A stretch of DNA of 64,000 bases from Macrostomum lignano (lineage: Eukaryota): the NCBI GenBank assembly GCA_002269645.1, contig NIVC01000109.1, positions 1 to 64,000 of the forward strand, read 5' to 3'. Shown piece after piece: positions 8,807 to 21,922 of this stretch. Made by a program: the position numbers and the translations under genes. Every line of letters starts with the position of its first letter. Within the stretch, counting starts at the first letter, position 1. Under the pieces are notes generated by a model. The model ran no database searches and was not told the origin of the DNA. It saw nothing but the letters and a program-made list of their open reading frames with translations.

Positions 8807-11800
8807 TCACACTAGCGGCAGTCGCGGCTTAACCAAGCCTCCGTCGCCCTCCGACACGAACCGTTTCCGACCCTTAGTGGGCATCTCCTGCTGCAGGCGA
8901 GCGCTGAGAAAGCCCACATGGCCGGCGTGCTGGCAGAATCGCTCCAGCAGCAGGTAGGCGTTCGGCACGTCCAGCTGAATGTCCGGGATGTCGGCATACA
9001 CCCGGCGAAGGCCCTTCTCCAGCTGGTCAACGGTGAGCAGCACCGACTCGGACAGGGCGGCGATGAGGCGACAGACCCGCTGGCACACCTCCATGGTGCT
9101 GCGCTCGATCACCATGACAACGGCTTGGTAGACCAACTCGTGATGGAAGTGAGGCGCCTCCAGCTCCTTGACGCAGCGGGCGGCTTCGTCAACGTCGTTG
9201 CTGGACAGAAATTCGTCCAGCAGCAGCTTCATCTTCTTCACCAGGTGCTTGGTGGGACGGGCCAGGCCGTGGCCGGAAACGCCCCACACCTGAGGATGGG
9301 GTAGGGGTTCGTCAGGGGCGATTCTCGAGGTAGGGTGGAGAGAGTCAGGGGCGATTCTCTGGATAGGGTGGAGAGAGTCAGGGGCGATTCTCTGGATAAG
9401 GTGGGGAGAGTCCGTGGCGATTCTTAGAGAGCGATTCTCTGGATAGGGTGGGGAGAGTCAGGGGCGATTCTCTGGATAAGGTGGGGAGAGTCAGGGGCGA
9501 TTCTCTGGATAAGGTGGGGAGAGTCAGGGGCGATTCTCTGGATAAGGTGGGGAGAGTCCGTGGCGATTCTTAGAGAGCGATTCTCTGGATAGGGTGGGGA
9601 GAGTCAGGGGCGATTCTCTGGATAAGGTGGGGAGAGTCAGGGGCGATTCTCTGGATAAGGTGGGGAGAGTCCGTGGCGATTCTTAGAGAGCGATTCTCTG
9701 GATAGGGTGGGGAGAGTCAGGGGCGATTCTCTGGATAAGGTGGGGAGAATCCGTGGCGATTCTTAGAGAGCGATTCTCTGGATAAGGTGGGGAGAGTCAG
9801 GGGCGATTCTCTAGGTAGGGTGAGGAGAGTCAGAGGCGATTCTCTAGGTAGGGTGGGGAGAGTCAGGGGCGATTCTTAGAGAGCGATTCTCTGGATAAGG
9901 TGGGGAGAGTCAGGGGCGATTCTCTGGATAAGGTGGGGAGAGTCCGTGGCGATTCTTAGAGAGCGATTCTCTGGATAGGGTGGGGAGAGTCAGGGGCGAT
10001 TCTCTGGATAAGGTGGGGAGAATCCGTGGCGATTCTTAGAGAGCGATTCTCTGGATAAGGTGGGGAGAGTCAGGGGCGATTCTTTGGATAAGGTGGGGAG
10101 AATCCGTGGCGATTCTTAGAGAGCAATTCTCTGGATAGGGTGGGGAGAGTCAGGGGCGATTCTCTGTGTAAGGTGGAGAGTCAGGAGCGATTCTCTGGGT
10201 AGGGTGGAGCGATTCAGGGGCGATTCTTTAGGTAGGGTGGGGAGTCAGTGATGATTTGATAGAATTTAGTCAGGAACAAGTGAGGGCCTATTCAAACAAC
10301 AACAACAACAAACAACAAAGTACACTGGATAGTCTCTAGTGTCACAAGGACAAACAAATTCAAACAAGGACATATAGAGGTCAAGCCTCACCTTATCCAG
10401 ACAGTACATGCTATGTGTCATAGTGAGCAGGTTCTCAGCCTTGGCCAGAGCTTTCATAGTGTGGCCACTATCAACCCGGCCCTTGTAGGTGGCCACGAAC
10501 TTGGGCGGCAGCAGGTCATCAGCGATGGCCCTGGCGATGAACTTTCCAATCATGTCGGGCGCGTCCGGCAGGTCGATGGTTAAATCGTCGACCTCCTTGA
10601 GCAAGAGGTCGAATCCGTGGACGAGCTCTTCGCTGGAGACGGCCGGGCCGACCAAGCTGCCCAACAGCTGGGAGGTGAGCTCCCGCTGCAGAGCGTTGCG
10701 CTGCACACTGGCACTGATGGCCAGGTAGGGTATGCGCTCCCTGTGCTGCGGGTTGGTGCGCAGGTCCCGCAGCTGCTGGATCACCTGCGAAGCGAGTTGA
10801 AGAGGCATATCGAATCAGCTTACTTATAGTAGAGTTTCAAAATTTAGATGCCATTTTTGTGAAATCTAGATGCCGCTTTTGAGAGATCTAGATGCCATTT
10901 TTTGAGAGATCTAGATGCCATTTTTTGAGAGATCTAGATGTCATTTTTTGAGAGATCTTGATGCCTTTTTTGAAAGATCTAGATGTCATTTTTGAGAGAT
11001 CTAGATGCCATTTTTTGAGAGATCTAGATGCCATTATTGAGAGATCTAGATGCCATTTTTGAGAAATCTAGATGTCATTTTTGAGAGATCTAGATGCCAT
11101 TTTTGAGAGATCTAGATGCCGCTTTTGAGAGATCTGGATGTCATTTTTGAGAGATCTAGATGCTACTTTTGAGAGATTTAGATGCTACGTTTGAGAGATC
11201 TAGATGCCATTTTTGAGAGATCTAGATGTCATTTTTGAGAGATCTAGATGCCATTTTTGAGAGATCTAGATGCCATTTTTGAGAGATCTAGATGTCATTT
11301 TTGAGAGATCTAGATGCCATTATTGAGAGATCTAGATGCCATTTTTGAGAGATCTAGATGCCATTATTGAGAGATCTAGATGCCATTTTTTCAGAGATCT
11401 AGATGTCATTTTTGAGAGATCTAGATGCTACTTTTGAGAGATTTAGATGCCATTTTTTCAGAGATCTAGATGTCATTTTTGAGAGATCTAGATGCTACGT
11501 TTGAGAGATTTAGATGCCATTTTTTCAGAGATCTAGATGCCATTTTTGAGAGATCTAGATTCCATTTTTGAAAAATCTAGATGCTTTTTCGAGAGATCTA
11601 GATGCGATTTTTTCAGATTTAGTTGTCATTTTTGGGAGATTCAGATGCAATTTTGAGAAAATCTGGAACAACTCGATGCTTATCTAGACGTAAAGTAAAA
11701 AATAAAAAACACACAAACGTGAAGATTTCATACCTCTTTAACCTGGCCGTGCTCAAAGTACTCCTTAACCAGCGCAGTGAACTGCTCCTCAAACTGCTCC

Positions 11801-12798
11801 ATGGTCAGCTTCGGCACAGTCAGCTGCAGTCGGACAGTGTCCTGACTGTCCGAATCATAGTTCGGATCGTTCTCGTCCAGCACGCCGACAGCGTCCAGCT
11901 CGCTGCCCGGCCGGCCCCAGACGCCTTTGCCGCCGGCGCCGCCTTTCTTTGGCAGGCCGCGGAGGCCCGTGCGGCTCTTCCGGCTGTTCTTGCCCAGGGC
12001 CGCGGCGGCGGAGGCGACGGCAGGGGCGCCGCCGGATGACGAGGCTGAGCCGCCGTCTGGTGAACCGACGGAGCCGCCGTTGGTCTCGGGGGCGCCGGAG
12101 TGATGATGCGCGCCGGTGCCAACTACGGTTGCCATGGCGCCAGGGAAGGACACTCGGTGATGGCGCTTGGCGCGCTTGAACACGCGCAGCTCGCGCGGCA
12201 TGGCGTCGGGCGGGTCTTCGGCAACCTGCGGCAGCCAATGGGGGAGTCCTGAGCTGTTGAATCTCACCTTTTATGACTGCCTAAATCTCAGCTGGATATC
12301 TAACATGTCATTGAAATCTCACCCCCTGACTTATACTGGTCCCTAAATCTCACTCCTCAAATGACTCATACTGGTCCCTAAATCTCACTCCTCAAATGAC
12401 TCATACTGGTCCCTAAATCTCACTCCTCAAATGACTCATACTGGTCCCTAAATCTCACTTCTCAAATGACTCATATTGGTCCCTAAATCTCACCACTCTA
12501 ATGACTCATTCTGGTCCCTAAAGTGTCACCCCTAGAATGACTCATACTGGTCTGTAAATCTCACCCCTAATGACTTGCACTGGCCCCTAAATCTCAAGGT
12601 TGTCACTACATATCCTCAAGTCAAATTTAGAGGTCAAGTGAAATTTCAGAAACACGCAGACACCCAACTTACAATGCCGCCACCGTCACCCGCTCCAGCC
12701 GACTCATCGATGGGATCTTCATCAACCAGCTGCTGGTCAACAAAGTCGTCTTCGTTGATAAAATCCGGGTCATTATTGGCAACTCGACGGTGTGACAT
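8807..12798 (-). CDS. PDCD4: Programmed cell death protein 4 (two MA3 domains); exons 12798-12673, 12225-11734, 10784-10392, 9289-8807; about 497 aa
   Basis: Hallmark RGLPKKGGAGGKGVWG...DPNYD and C-terminal RGRK-like KGRKRFVSEGDGG. All introns are GT-AG phase 0 and join in frame. Confidence 0.95.
9300..10250. repeat. Intronic minisatellite, about 30-33 bp unit (GGGGCGATTCTCTGGATAAGGTGGGGAGAGTCA and variants)
   Basis: Fills the last coding intron of PDCD4. Confidence 0.92.
10845..11690. repeat. Intronic minisatellite, about 21-22 bp unit (GAGAGATCTAGATGCCATTTTT)
   Basis: Dozens of tandem copies in a PDCD4 intron. Confidence 0.93.
12290..12600. repeat. Intronic minisatellite, 35 bp unit (CCCTAAATCTCACTCCTCAAATGACTCATACTGGT)
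   Basis: Tandem copies in the first coding intron of PDCD4. Confidence 0.88.
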
Positions 12799-13149
12799 GA
12801 CTAAATTTACAATATTGATTTTTTAAATAGCTAGAATTATCTGCGCTATCACTTTGAGGTTTGAGGAACAAAGTTTTGACCCCCGGCAACTGAGGACAAC
12901 TTCACCGGAATTGAACAAAGCAGGAAGCGGGAAAAACAGGTTTGAAGCGCCGAGGCGAGCCTCTTAACAGTTCAATTTGATAAGATTGTGCTCGATAAGA
13001 TGCTTTTCAATCCAACAAGATTTTAATCGCCCGTTCTAAAGGGGCAATTTTTGAGCATGCATGCAAGAGAGAGGGAGTTCCTGTAGTTAATAATAATATA
13101 ATAATTATTAATTTAATTACACCTGCCTAATGCCTAATGAGCAGATGAG

Positions 13150-13410
13150 CAATGATGAGAATGAGCAACCGACAGCTCAGCCGCAGCTATTGCGCGGCGC
13201 ATCTGAAGGCTGAGTACGGCTGTTCAGTCCAAGGACTGGGGGGTCGCCACACACCCTCAATTACCCCAGCTAATGCTGGCACCCATTTTACAGCTGGGTG
13301 AACTGAAGCATTGCAGAGTTAAGTGTCTTGCTCAAGGACACAAATTGTTCCTAGTAAGTCGAGAATCGAACCCCCGACCTTTCAGTCGTGAGCTTGCGGC
13401 TAAAACATGA
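13150..13410 (-). mobile_element. tRNA-derived SINE with CORE-like domain (family A, copy 1)
   Basis: B-box GGTTCGATTC, then TTTGTGTCCTTGAGCAAGACACTTAACTCTGC..TGCTTCAGTTCACCCAGCTGTAAAATGGG, resembling the MIR/CORE consensus. Near-identical copies at 23655 and 42130. Confidence 0.8.
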
Positions 13411-14084
13411 GCAGACCTCCTAACTAGGTTTCTGAATAAAATTATCTGAAAAAATAGTCAAAAATGCTTTCAAACACGCAAGAGCAGAGCTAAGAGTGGA
13501 GCGACTGCAACAGGGCGTACGCATAACAAAAATTGCGCACTGATTCTTACACACAGCTGAGAAACAAGCGGACCGAGACACCAGCTTGAAAATTTTTGAG
13601 TCAACTTACTTGAGTTTGAGCACACAAAACGCACTCGTGCATGCTAAAAGCAGGTACAGCAGCAGACTATTTTGAATATGCCACTCTACACCTGTTCTCA
13701 CTCGCTGAGAGAGAACACAGACCAGTGTAGAACCCTGGATACCTGGCGAATGCACTTAATTCCGAAATTGTTTTCGAATCTATAAATAAATAACTCCTGC
13801 ACTTTAAACATTACTGCAATAATCATTTTAGATAGAAACTTCAGATAGCATTGCAGTCTATCAACAAGAAACTTTATACAAGAGAAGTTAAACTTGTGAA
13901 CTTGATAAGGAAAGCTTGCTTCAAACTGGCGACTAGCTGAAATCTGTCAGATAAGCAAGCATATAGTAGTGTAAAAACACAACATTCCACTCAAAATATT
14001 TTATAAAACTATATTTTTATAGTCTCTAAAGTGCCAACTGACAATGAAACTAGAATAATAATACTGGTGGACCAGTATGGGGCT

Positions 14085-14345
14085 CTGATGCACCTGCAGT
14101 CCAGGCTCAATTCCAAGTGCAGTCACTTTGATTTGGGGCTAAATTGAAATCTTGGCTTGGCTCTGCTTGTGCCAACCCCCATGCCCAAGGCACAGTAAAT
14201 TGTGCATGCTTAACAAAAATAAAATGAGGGCCACTGTACACTCTTGTGCGAGTGTATGCCTGTGCATGGGACTATATATATGTATCTGCATGCTTATGTG
14301 CCTGCTTAGGAGAATTGACAGAATAGGCAGCAATGCTCCTCTCCA
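14085..14345 (+). mobile_element. tRNA-derived SINE family B copy, heavily C-to-T mutated
   Basis: Aligns by eye with copies at 22660, 31905, 45370 and 60890; most CpG sites are converted. Confidence 0.8.
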
Positions 14346-16184
14346 GTTTTGTTGCTTAAATTATGCCTAAAGTATGCTAATTTACATAAAGTAGCCTCTA
14401 ATAAAAAATAGCAGATTCTAATTTCAAATTGTTAGTCATAAAAAGCTATATTGCAACAATAGCCTAGTAAAAGCAATAAGTAGGAATCAGAAAGATCAAG
14501 CATACTTTTATGCTACTAGACAACATTAAGAAAGACTATAGATAGTCCATAATTCCATTAGTAGGATAAATTAATATTACTTATAATACCAATATTAAAA
14601 ATACTATACTATACTAATAATAGTATAGAACATATGCCAAGATTTTGAGAACCCAATAAATTTTTAATAATAACAGATTGACAAATTTATTGTAATTGCT
14701 TTTTTAAATTGAAAACTTATTGCTAAAGCATTTTGCAAATATTAACAATTTATTATATTGCCCAAAGTTCCCATTTACAAGTATAAAAATTTGCTTGATA
14801 TTAGAAATGGAAAACTAGTTCTTAGCCTTATTAAAAGACTCTAAAAGACATAAACAAAGCTATTAAAAAGTAATAACTAGGCCTAAAGATGCTCTTAATT
14901 TTTTACTTAGATAATTTATTAATTACATATTTTAATATATAAATTTAATCCAATCCATATGCATTTAAACTTTTATAGGTCTAAGTCTTTGATTCTAAAA
15001 TATTTCTTTGGCAAACACCAAACATTCATAAGCATTAAAATTGTTTTTTTTGAAATGTAAATATTTAATTCCTTAAAGAAAGGACTCAAGGCTTAAGGAT
15101 TTTGAACTTGTTCTTTTTTAGCCTAAAGCAACTCATTCTATAATTTAGGCTATTAGCATTCAACAAAGCAATGTTGCATAAAAGAAAATATATAATAATA
15201 ATAAATTAGCTTTTATTTATAAATACAATGATACAAAATGAAACATTTTAAAAATCTAAAAATAAACAAAATTCTTTGAAAATTAAGATCTAAGCCTATT
15301 TTTTATGTATTAAATATACTATATGCTTATGCTAACTATATTATAATAGATAGAAAGATCTTATTTGGCTATCCAACTTTGCCAGAGGCTAAACTGTTAT
15401 TCCATATTGCATTACACTTTGCCATTATGCTATACTGTCATATTACACTATACTATATTATGCCTCATTGGTTCATTATTGAACTACAATGCTATACCAT
15501 ATCTAAGATTATACTACATGCCATAACATTATATTGCATTATACTACTAGCTTAATCTTGCTAGATCTATTGCAACCAAGGTTTGAGTAGCAATGGATAC
15601 CTTGGGAGCAAAAGCTTACTATAACAAATAATTTTGTTTTTAACATTACAGATTGTTAATAGAGATATACAAGTTTGATTCCAAAGCTATTATCAATTGG
15701 TACAACTCTAATGACTGGCTAGACTAAGACTTTGTGTTTCTAGAATGAATATTATTAAACTACAAATTTTGGACCATACTTATCTATTTAATTTTGTGAT
15801 ATGATCTCTTTAATATAAATCTGTCATTGGTATAACCATACTCCAGATCACATAGTATATGCCTAAAAATTTGGGTGTGCATTGGCATTGTATGCCAAAA
15901 GTAGATATGCATAATTGGCATGTATCACTCCTAAGAAAATAGTGTGTATGCATACTTGGTATGTACTTTATAGAATCACATGGAAGAGTTATTATGAAGT
16001 AGAAAATATATGAAGAAAATTTATTTTTAAGCCTTAATTTTAAGCTTTTTGGGTTTTTTAAGCTTGTAATAAAGCATTTAAACAAATCTTTGCCTATATC
16101 AATTTTTTTGCTATAAATAGTATTGCCAAAAAAAGCATAAAAATCAGCTAAATTAAAAACAAGTCATTTATTGTCACAATCATA

Positions 16185-16360
16185 TATAGGGCCTATGCAA
16201 CCTTGGAAATCAATTGGCCATTTTTATTGGCAACACACATATGTAAGTCACTATTGGCTGAGAGCAATCATGTGACTACTATTTCGTCCAATAGTAGCTT
16301 AACTTACATATGTATGTTACCAATAAAAACAGCTAAGTGAATCCCTAGGTTGCACCTAAG
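16185..16360. repeat. Short foldback / palindromic MITE-like element
   Basis: TTATTGGCAACACACATATGTAAGT (16224-16248) pairs with ACTTACATATGTATGTTACCAATAA (16302-16326); the outer arms ATGCAACCTTGG / CTAGGTTGCAC also pair imperfectly. Confidence 0.6.
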
Positions 16361-18149
16361 CATGGTCACAATGTAAAAAAGGTCATTTATTGTTGCAACA
16401 TTGGCATAGTTTTGTGAATGGGCATGCACTTAATTTTTTTGGCATACATTTGTAATTAGGCCTATTCAATTTTTGTTTAGTATGATATGCACCTAGCATA
16501 GGCTTAATCTGGACTATAGTGATATAAGCCTAACTGTAATTTAAAACCTACAAGCTTTTATTAAAGAATCATCAAAGATATATTATAAAATAAACATATA
16601 AACTTGTATATATGCAATTCCAAAATGTTAGGCTTAGGCCCTAGCCTTTTATACTATTTTACATGATTGGCAAAAATCCAAAAAATTGTTCAGATTAAAC
16701 TTTGGGCCTAATTTATAAAAATTATTTTAATCTATTATACTAGGCATCTAAGCCTAGCCTAGGCTTACTCAATAAAATAAAAAAACTAGGCCTAATTTTA
16801 AATAACTAGGGCGCCTAGACTAGGCCTAGGCTATTATTAATACTTGGCATATTCTGCTAATACTAGGCTAATTATACTATAAGTATTAGTAGGCTCTTGT
16901 CTTATTAGCCTATATAGGTCCCCTAATCTGAGGTCCCCTAATATCATTGTGATGCTAGGCCCTTACTTTTTATTAGGCCTAGGCCTAGGTCTATAATATA
17001 AGGGCCTATTCATAGCAAAAATTGAAAATTTCAAAATTTCAAACTAGGTCAAGGCCTACTCTACTCCTGGGTCCTGACAGCACAAATGGATTTTAATTTA
17101 ATTCAACACTGGCCAGATGTTGATCTATAGATGCTAGGATTGCTAGGCCCTAGGCCTATGCAATATGCAAATATTAGGCCTAAGCAAAAACCAAATACTA
17201 TTCAGTGTTCAATCAGCAATCCATGAAAAATTAATAAGAATATAATACTTTGCTGATAGGCAAGGTTTAACAGGCCTAGTCACTAGTAGTCCTCACTATG
17301 CCAGGCCAGCTCTCTGAGCTCTGGCCTAGATCTAGGCCTAGTCAATATTAATACAATACAATCGTCTTGTTCACAATCCGTCTTATCTGCGCTTTTGTAA
17401 AGATCACTGACTGACTTACTATTATCCTTTATAAATCTTGTAAATATTAAAATTGATAGCGGCAAAATCGATCACATGCAGCAACGGCGACGTAGAAGAG
17501 CATAAAAAATTGCAAATCCAGGCACCTGTCAAAACCCGAACGATGATCACGGCATTGTTTTGTCATATTTATTTTAAAGGACAAGTAACAGCAAATCATG
17601 TGGTTAGTAAATTTAACAAATTTTTCGAATATTGCTTCTCTATCAAGCAACGGGTAACTATTAAATATGTAATATGATGCCCAATACTTGAAAAAATATT
17701 TTTGAGTCTTCTGTTAAGCCAGAAGGCAAATAAAGAAAACTGTGCGTCTGTGTACATATGTACTTATAGTTGTGAATATGTTCTTAACGGAAGATTTTCA
17801 CGAACAGTTGCTCTACAACCAGAATAACTCTTATTCAAGCTCCAAGAAATCCAGAATCAGAATTCGGTAGGAAAATGAAAAGCATCGAACAACTTCAGTT
17901 GTGTCATCATATCTCTTTGATCAATAAATTAAGACACAATCAAGTTCAAAAAATCTCTGCTACGAGCGATGGTTAGAGAACTGCACACAGTTCGGGAACC
18001 TTTTTTGAAAACGGAACCAACAAAATGAAAAGTTTAAAAAGCATTCATGCCCAGTTCTGTTTTGGAAAATTAAAAGCTGGTGATCAAAGCTGCGAGTAAT
18101 CAGCTTAGCTATATTTTTTTTATTTCTGACTAACTAATCTTGTATTCTT

Positions 18150-18989
18150 CAGTGGCGTAGTAGGCAAGGGGGCATACGGGGATGTATCCCCCGTGGGCCT
18201 GGTCGGTGGGTGTAAGAAATTGATTTATGGCGCTTAATTTTCCTGTGAACTGCCCATAGGCCAGCAAGTACAAGTAGTAGCAGCTACTCTGTAACGATTA
18301 AATGGCAGACTCGGGATCAAATGACGAAAGGCGTCGAATACATCAGAGGCAAATTTTGTAGCGGTAGCACTCGATGATAGTAACGAATGATGCGGGCGAT
18401 GGCCGCAGTTCTCATTTATTGTAACCGTATGAGTGGGTAGTTAGGCTCGCTAGTTATCAATTCCGTCTGGGTAGTTAATATAGATGGGCCTGAGTATTTT
18501 GCTGAATCCGTAAGGAATGCACTGGGCGGCTGCGCAACAATAAGATAGATGATAGAGCGAGTTGATGAGCCTGAGGCATGGCGATGATGTGATGGCAGCG
18601 ATCGTTTGGTGGCAGTAACTCGTAGCGAGACCCCGTACAAACCGCGCCCCAGCCAGCAGACAGAACAGATAACGAGCGGGCTGGGGGTGGTTTGCGCGAC
18701 AAAGCTTAATTTCAGACTATGCGCGGCTTTCTTATTGGCCGGCGCGAAAACCAACTTGAAAACAGAAATTATCGATCGCATTGTACATAGGCTTTACGAA
18801 CGCCAGGCAATGTTGTTTACAATTCCTTGGGCATTACTAATAAGCAGACGTTTGAGTACGAGACCATCAGATTAACAATATTATAGAATGGCACTGCTTT
18901 CGCTAAAACGGCCCTTGTCGGGGCCACCTCAACTGACAACGTCACTGAGCACCCTGCACCCCCGTGAGAAATTCCTGGCTACGCCCCAG
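18150..18989. mobile_element. Non-autonomous hAT-type element (840 bp)
   Basis: Imperfect TIR CAGTGGCGTAG / CTACGCCCCAG, flanked by a perfect 8-bp TSD GTATTCTT (18142-18149 and 18990-18997). Confidence 0.88.
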
Positions 18990-19039
18990 GTATTCTTGCT
19001 CCAAATTTAACTATATCGTGACCAGTTTGATCTCTTCTA

Positions 19040-19680
19040 GCACAACCGGCATTGCTCTGCTGTCTTCGAGAACGAAATTCTCGTCCTCATGAGCTCCTGC
19101 ACCATGGGAGTGTACAACACTACTAAGCGATCGAGTTTGGGGAAGACAATTAATCTATCATTCTCCACTAAAGCAGTCAATAAAGGTACGTGGATCCATG
19201 TGGGCCTTCCTGACAACGAACTGGCCGAAACCCTGGCCAGGTTGGCTCGACTCGGTCTTTGTCCATGGTCGCGCCTTGGCCTTCACTCACCGCCGTTTCC
19301 ACTCCCATGGCCCTGCTTGGACTCAACCGAGCGGGACATCAGGGCGGTAACTACGGCCCTCTCTAATCATGTCTGTTCTGCCAGGCATCACTATACCTTC
19401 AAGGAAAATTCTTTCCGGTGTTGAGAATACGGAACACTTATCTGTGAATGCCCCCACCTATACTCATTCAGGACACTGCAGGTGCACAGCTACCTCGCGG
19501 CTTAATTAAAGCTGGATCTCTTTGACGTTTTCAGGCCCGAGGATTTATGACAGCTCGTCCGCTACCTATAGGGCTACTGGGTGAGAAACCATTCACCTCT
19601 TAGACTCTCCAAAAAGGGGACCTCTCGCTGCAGACACCGGCACCACGCGCGTCCCGAATCTCAGCTATGTATTTTCAGCT
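19040..19680 (+). pseudogene. Degraded 3' fragment of an RNase H-bearing non-LTR retrotransposon
   Basis: HVGLPDNELAETLAR resembles the RNase H motif HVGIPGNELAD; downstream FRC*EYGTLICECP resembles the C-terminal zinc knuckle. Contains stops. Confidence 0.6.
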
Positions 19681-19999
19681 AAGTTTTATTGCTTTGGTAG
19701 ATTGTTGTAAGCATATAATCATTGCACAAAACTCGTGCAAAGTCAATTAATTCACATGTATACGACATATGCCCACCTACCTAAATTTACACATGTACCG
19801 GTGTTTAATGCGTTCATTAAAGGGCGCATATGATGACAAGTCGGTACATGTCTACTTTAAAAAACATTTTACAGCTTTCTTGATTTTCGAAACTACATTG
19901 AGAAAGTCAACTAAAAGTACGAGCGTAAAAGGACGATTTCAAACGACTCATAAGCAACATATGATACATGTGCACCTCATTAAGTACACCTAGACCATA

Positions 20000-21061
20000 C
20001 GAGGGCTGAGCAATAGGTTTCCGGATGTGCATAGTTGAGAGGCGGCTGACAAAATCTGACACCATGGGTGTCAAGTACATTATATAAGTACAATATGTTT
20101 GTAAAGTTTCAGAAACACTGGTCATATATAGCCAGTGCAGCACTCAAACCAAGCTAGCATACCCACCCTATCTATCAAATTCACAATGGAGCTCAATAGG
20201 AGTCATTTTAGAGCAATGATCTATTACGATTTTAAAAGTGGTTTGCGGCAGCAAGAAAGTCTTGAGCGATTGCGAGGAGCTTTTGGGGATGAAGCACCAA
20301 TTCTAGATCCACCGTTTTTGACTGGTTTGCCGAATTTCGACGCGGCAGGCAGAGTCTGGATGCATGATGAGGAGCGCAGCGGCCAGTCTGTCTCCGCAAC
20401 GACCGAGGATAATGTTGCTGCTGTCCGGGCCATGGTTGAGGATGATGCCCGAGTGACTGTGGCCCAGATAGAGGCAGAGGTGGGCATCTCATCAGGATCC
20501 ATCAGGACGATCCTGCATTCACAGCTCAACCTGAGCAAGATTTCTGCACGCTGGGTGCCTCATCAGCTGGCTCCGGAGCAGAAGGAGGCTCGGGTGACCT
20601 GGTGCCGAACCATGCTCGACAGATTCAACGGAGGCAGTTCAAACTCGGTCTGGGATATTGTCAGTGGTGACGAGTCCTGGATCCATAGTTTCAACCCGGA
20701 GACTAAGCAGCACACACAAGGCTCGACAGGTGGCGTAGTTCCTGGCCGGAGAGCGCATTCAAGAGCTCGGTCATCCACCCAACAGCCCCGACCTGGCCCC
20801 CTGCGACTTTTTTGTGCTTCCACAAATCAAGTGTAGGATGCGTGGAATCCGCTATGGATCACCAAAGCTGCAGTGGAGGCCTTCACACGGCATGTGGAGG
20901 AGGTGCCTGCTTCAGATTGGTCCAGCTGCTTCAGCAAGTGATTTAAGCGCATGAAAATTTGCATCGAATCTGCTGAAGAGTACTTTGAAAAGATTTAACT
21001 GTTTTTTTCTCTCTAACTATTTCTGTCTGGGCACATCCGGAAACTTATTGCTCAGCCCTCG
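20000..21061 (+). mobile_element. Mariner element, internally deleted, frameshifted transposase
   Basis: About 31-bp TIR CGAGGGCTGAGCAATAGGTTTCCGGATGTGC with TA at both ends; WVPHQL and GDESW motifs; rest of the catalytic domain missing. Confidence 0.93.
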
Positions 21062-21274
21062 TATGTCCAAAGCCAAAATTCAAAGAAGGCAATTGATAAA
21101 CAATAAATTCATAGTCAGCACTAGCAGCATCAACATAAATCTTTCATCCAGCAGAAATCTGCTTCATGCACGCAAATAAAACGCGTATAATTCATTAAAG
21201 CAAAACATCTAAACACAAATATTGATTGCCAATAATTTTTCAACAAGTATTTCTTCATTTCCATACCGCGCCGT

Positions 21275-21922
21275 TCAGCCTGACTGGTATTCGGCGGTAT
21301 TATTTCGATATTTGGCAAAGTAGGCGAAAAACTTGGCAAACGCCTTGGCCCGATGATGATGCCGATAGCGCTCCGCTGCCTCCATTTCGGCCAGGCTCTG
21401 GTCCTGACCGTCCGGTGCGAACAGCGGCAGCCAGCCGTGGACTGGCGGGCCTCGCGGCTCCGTGAGCAGTCGGCCGCGGCACTCGCCGTGGAACAGTCGG
21501 ATCTCGCGGCCGGGACCTGGGCAGTAAGCCACAATGGACTTGGCCACGGCCGATTTGTCTGGGTAAGCGGCCAGCAGGCTTGGCAGGCGTTCGTTGCGTA
21601 GAGCCTTCCAGAACCACTTGATGTAGGGTCCTGGCAGGCCGTTGAGAGCTGTGAGCTCTAGACTCGTGTCCTCTATGAGCACAGCTGGACCATTGAGCAG
21701 TTGGGCTGCCATTCGACACTTCTCCATGGCGATCTCCTGGTGGGAGCCCTGCAGCTCTACTAAGTCGAGATCTTGAACAGTGAACGCGTCAGTCAGCTGA
21801 CAGTCAGACAGGAGCTGGTTAAAGTCTTCCAGTTTGCCCTGATTGCCAGTGACAAATATCACTGGTTGCTGGGATAAATTTGGCTGCTTCAGCTGCTGCT
21901 GCAGAGATTTATCCGTAGTCAT
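21275..21922 (-). CDS. ITPA: Inosine triphosphate pyrophosphatase (HAM1/ITPase family), intronless, divergent active site, 215 aa
   Basis: FVTGN..KL, LVELQG, EDTSL, LNGLPGPYIKWF, PRG and HR motifs. Confidence 0.9.
   Translation of the reverse strand: MTTDKSLQQQLKQPNLSQQPVIFVTGNQGKLEDFNQLLSDCQLTDAFTVQDLDLVELQGSHQEIAMEKCRMAAQLLNGPAVLIEDTSLELTALNGLPGPYIKWFWKALRNERLPSLLAAYPDKSAVAKSIVAYCPGPGREIRLFHGECRGRLLTEPRGPPVHGWLPLFAPDGQDQSLAEMEAAERYRHHHRAKAFAKFFAYFAKYRNNTAEYQSG

Noticed and set aside
8745-12238. Alternative-frame and antisense ORFs over PDCD4 exons
   Set aside because: By-products of GC-rich coding sequence; PDCD4 explains the region.
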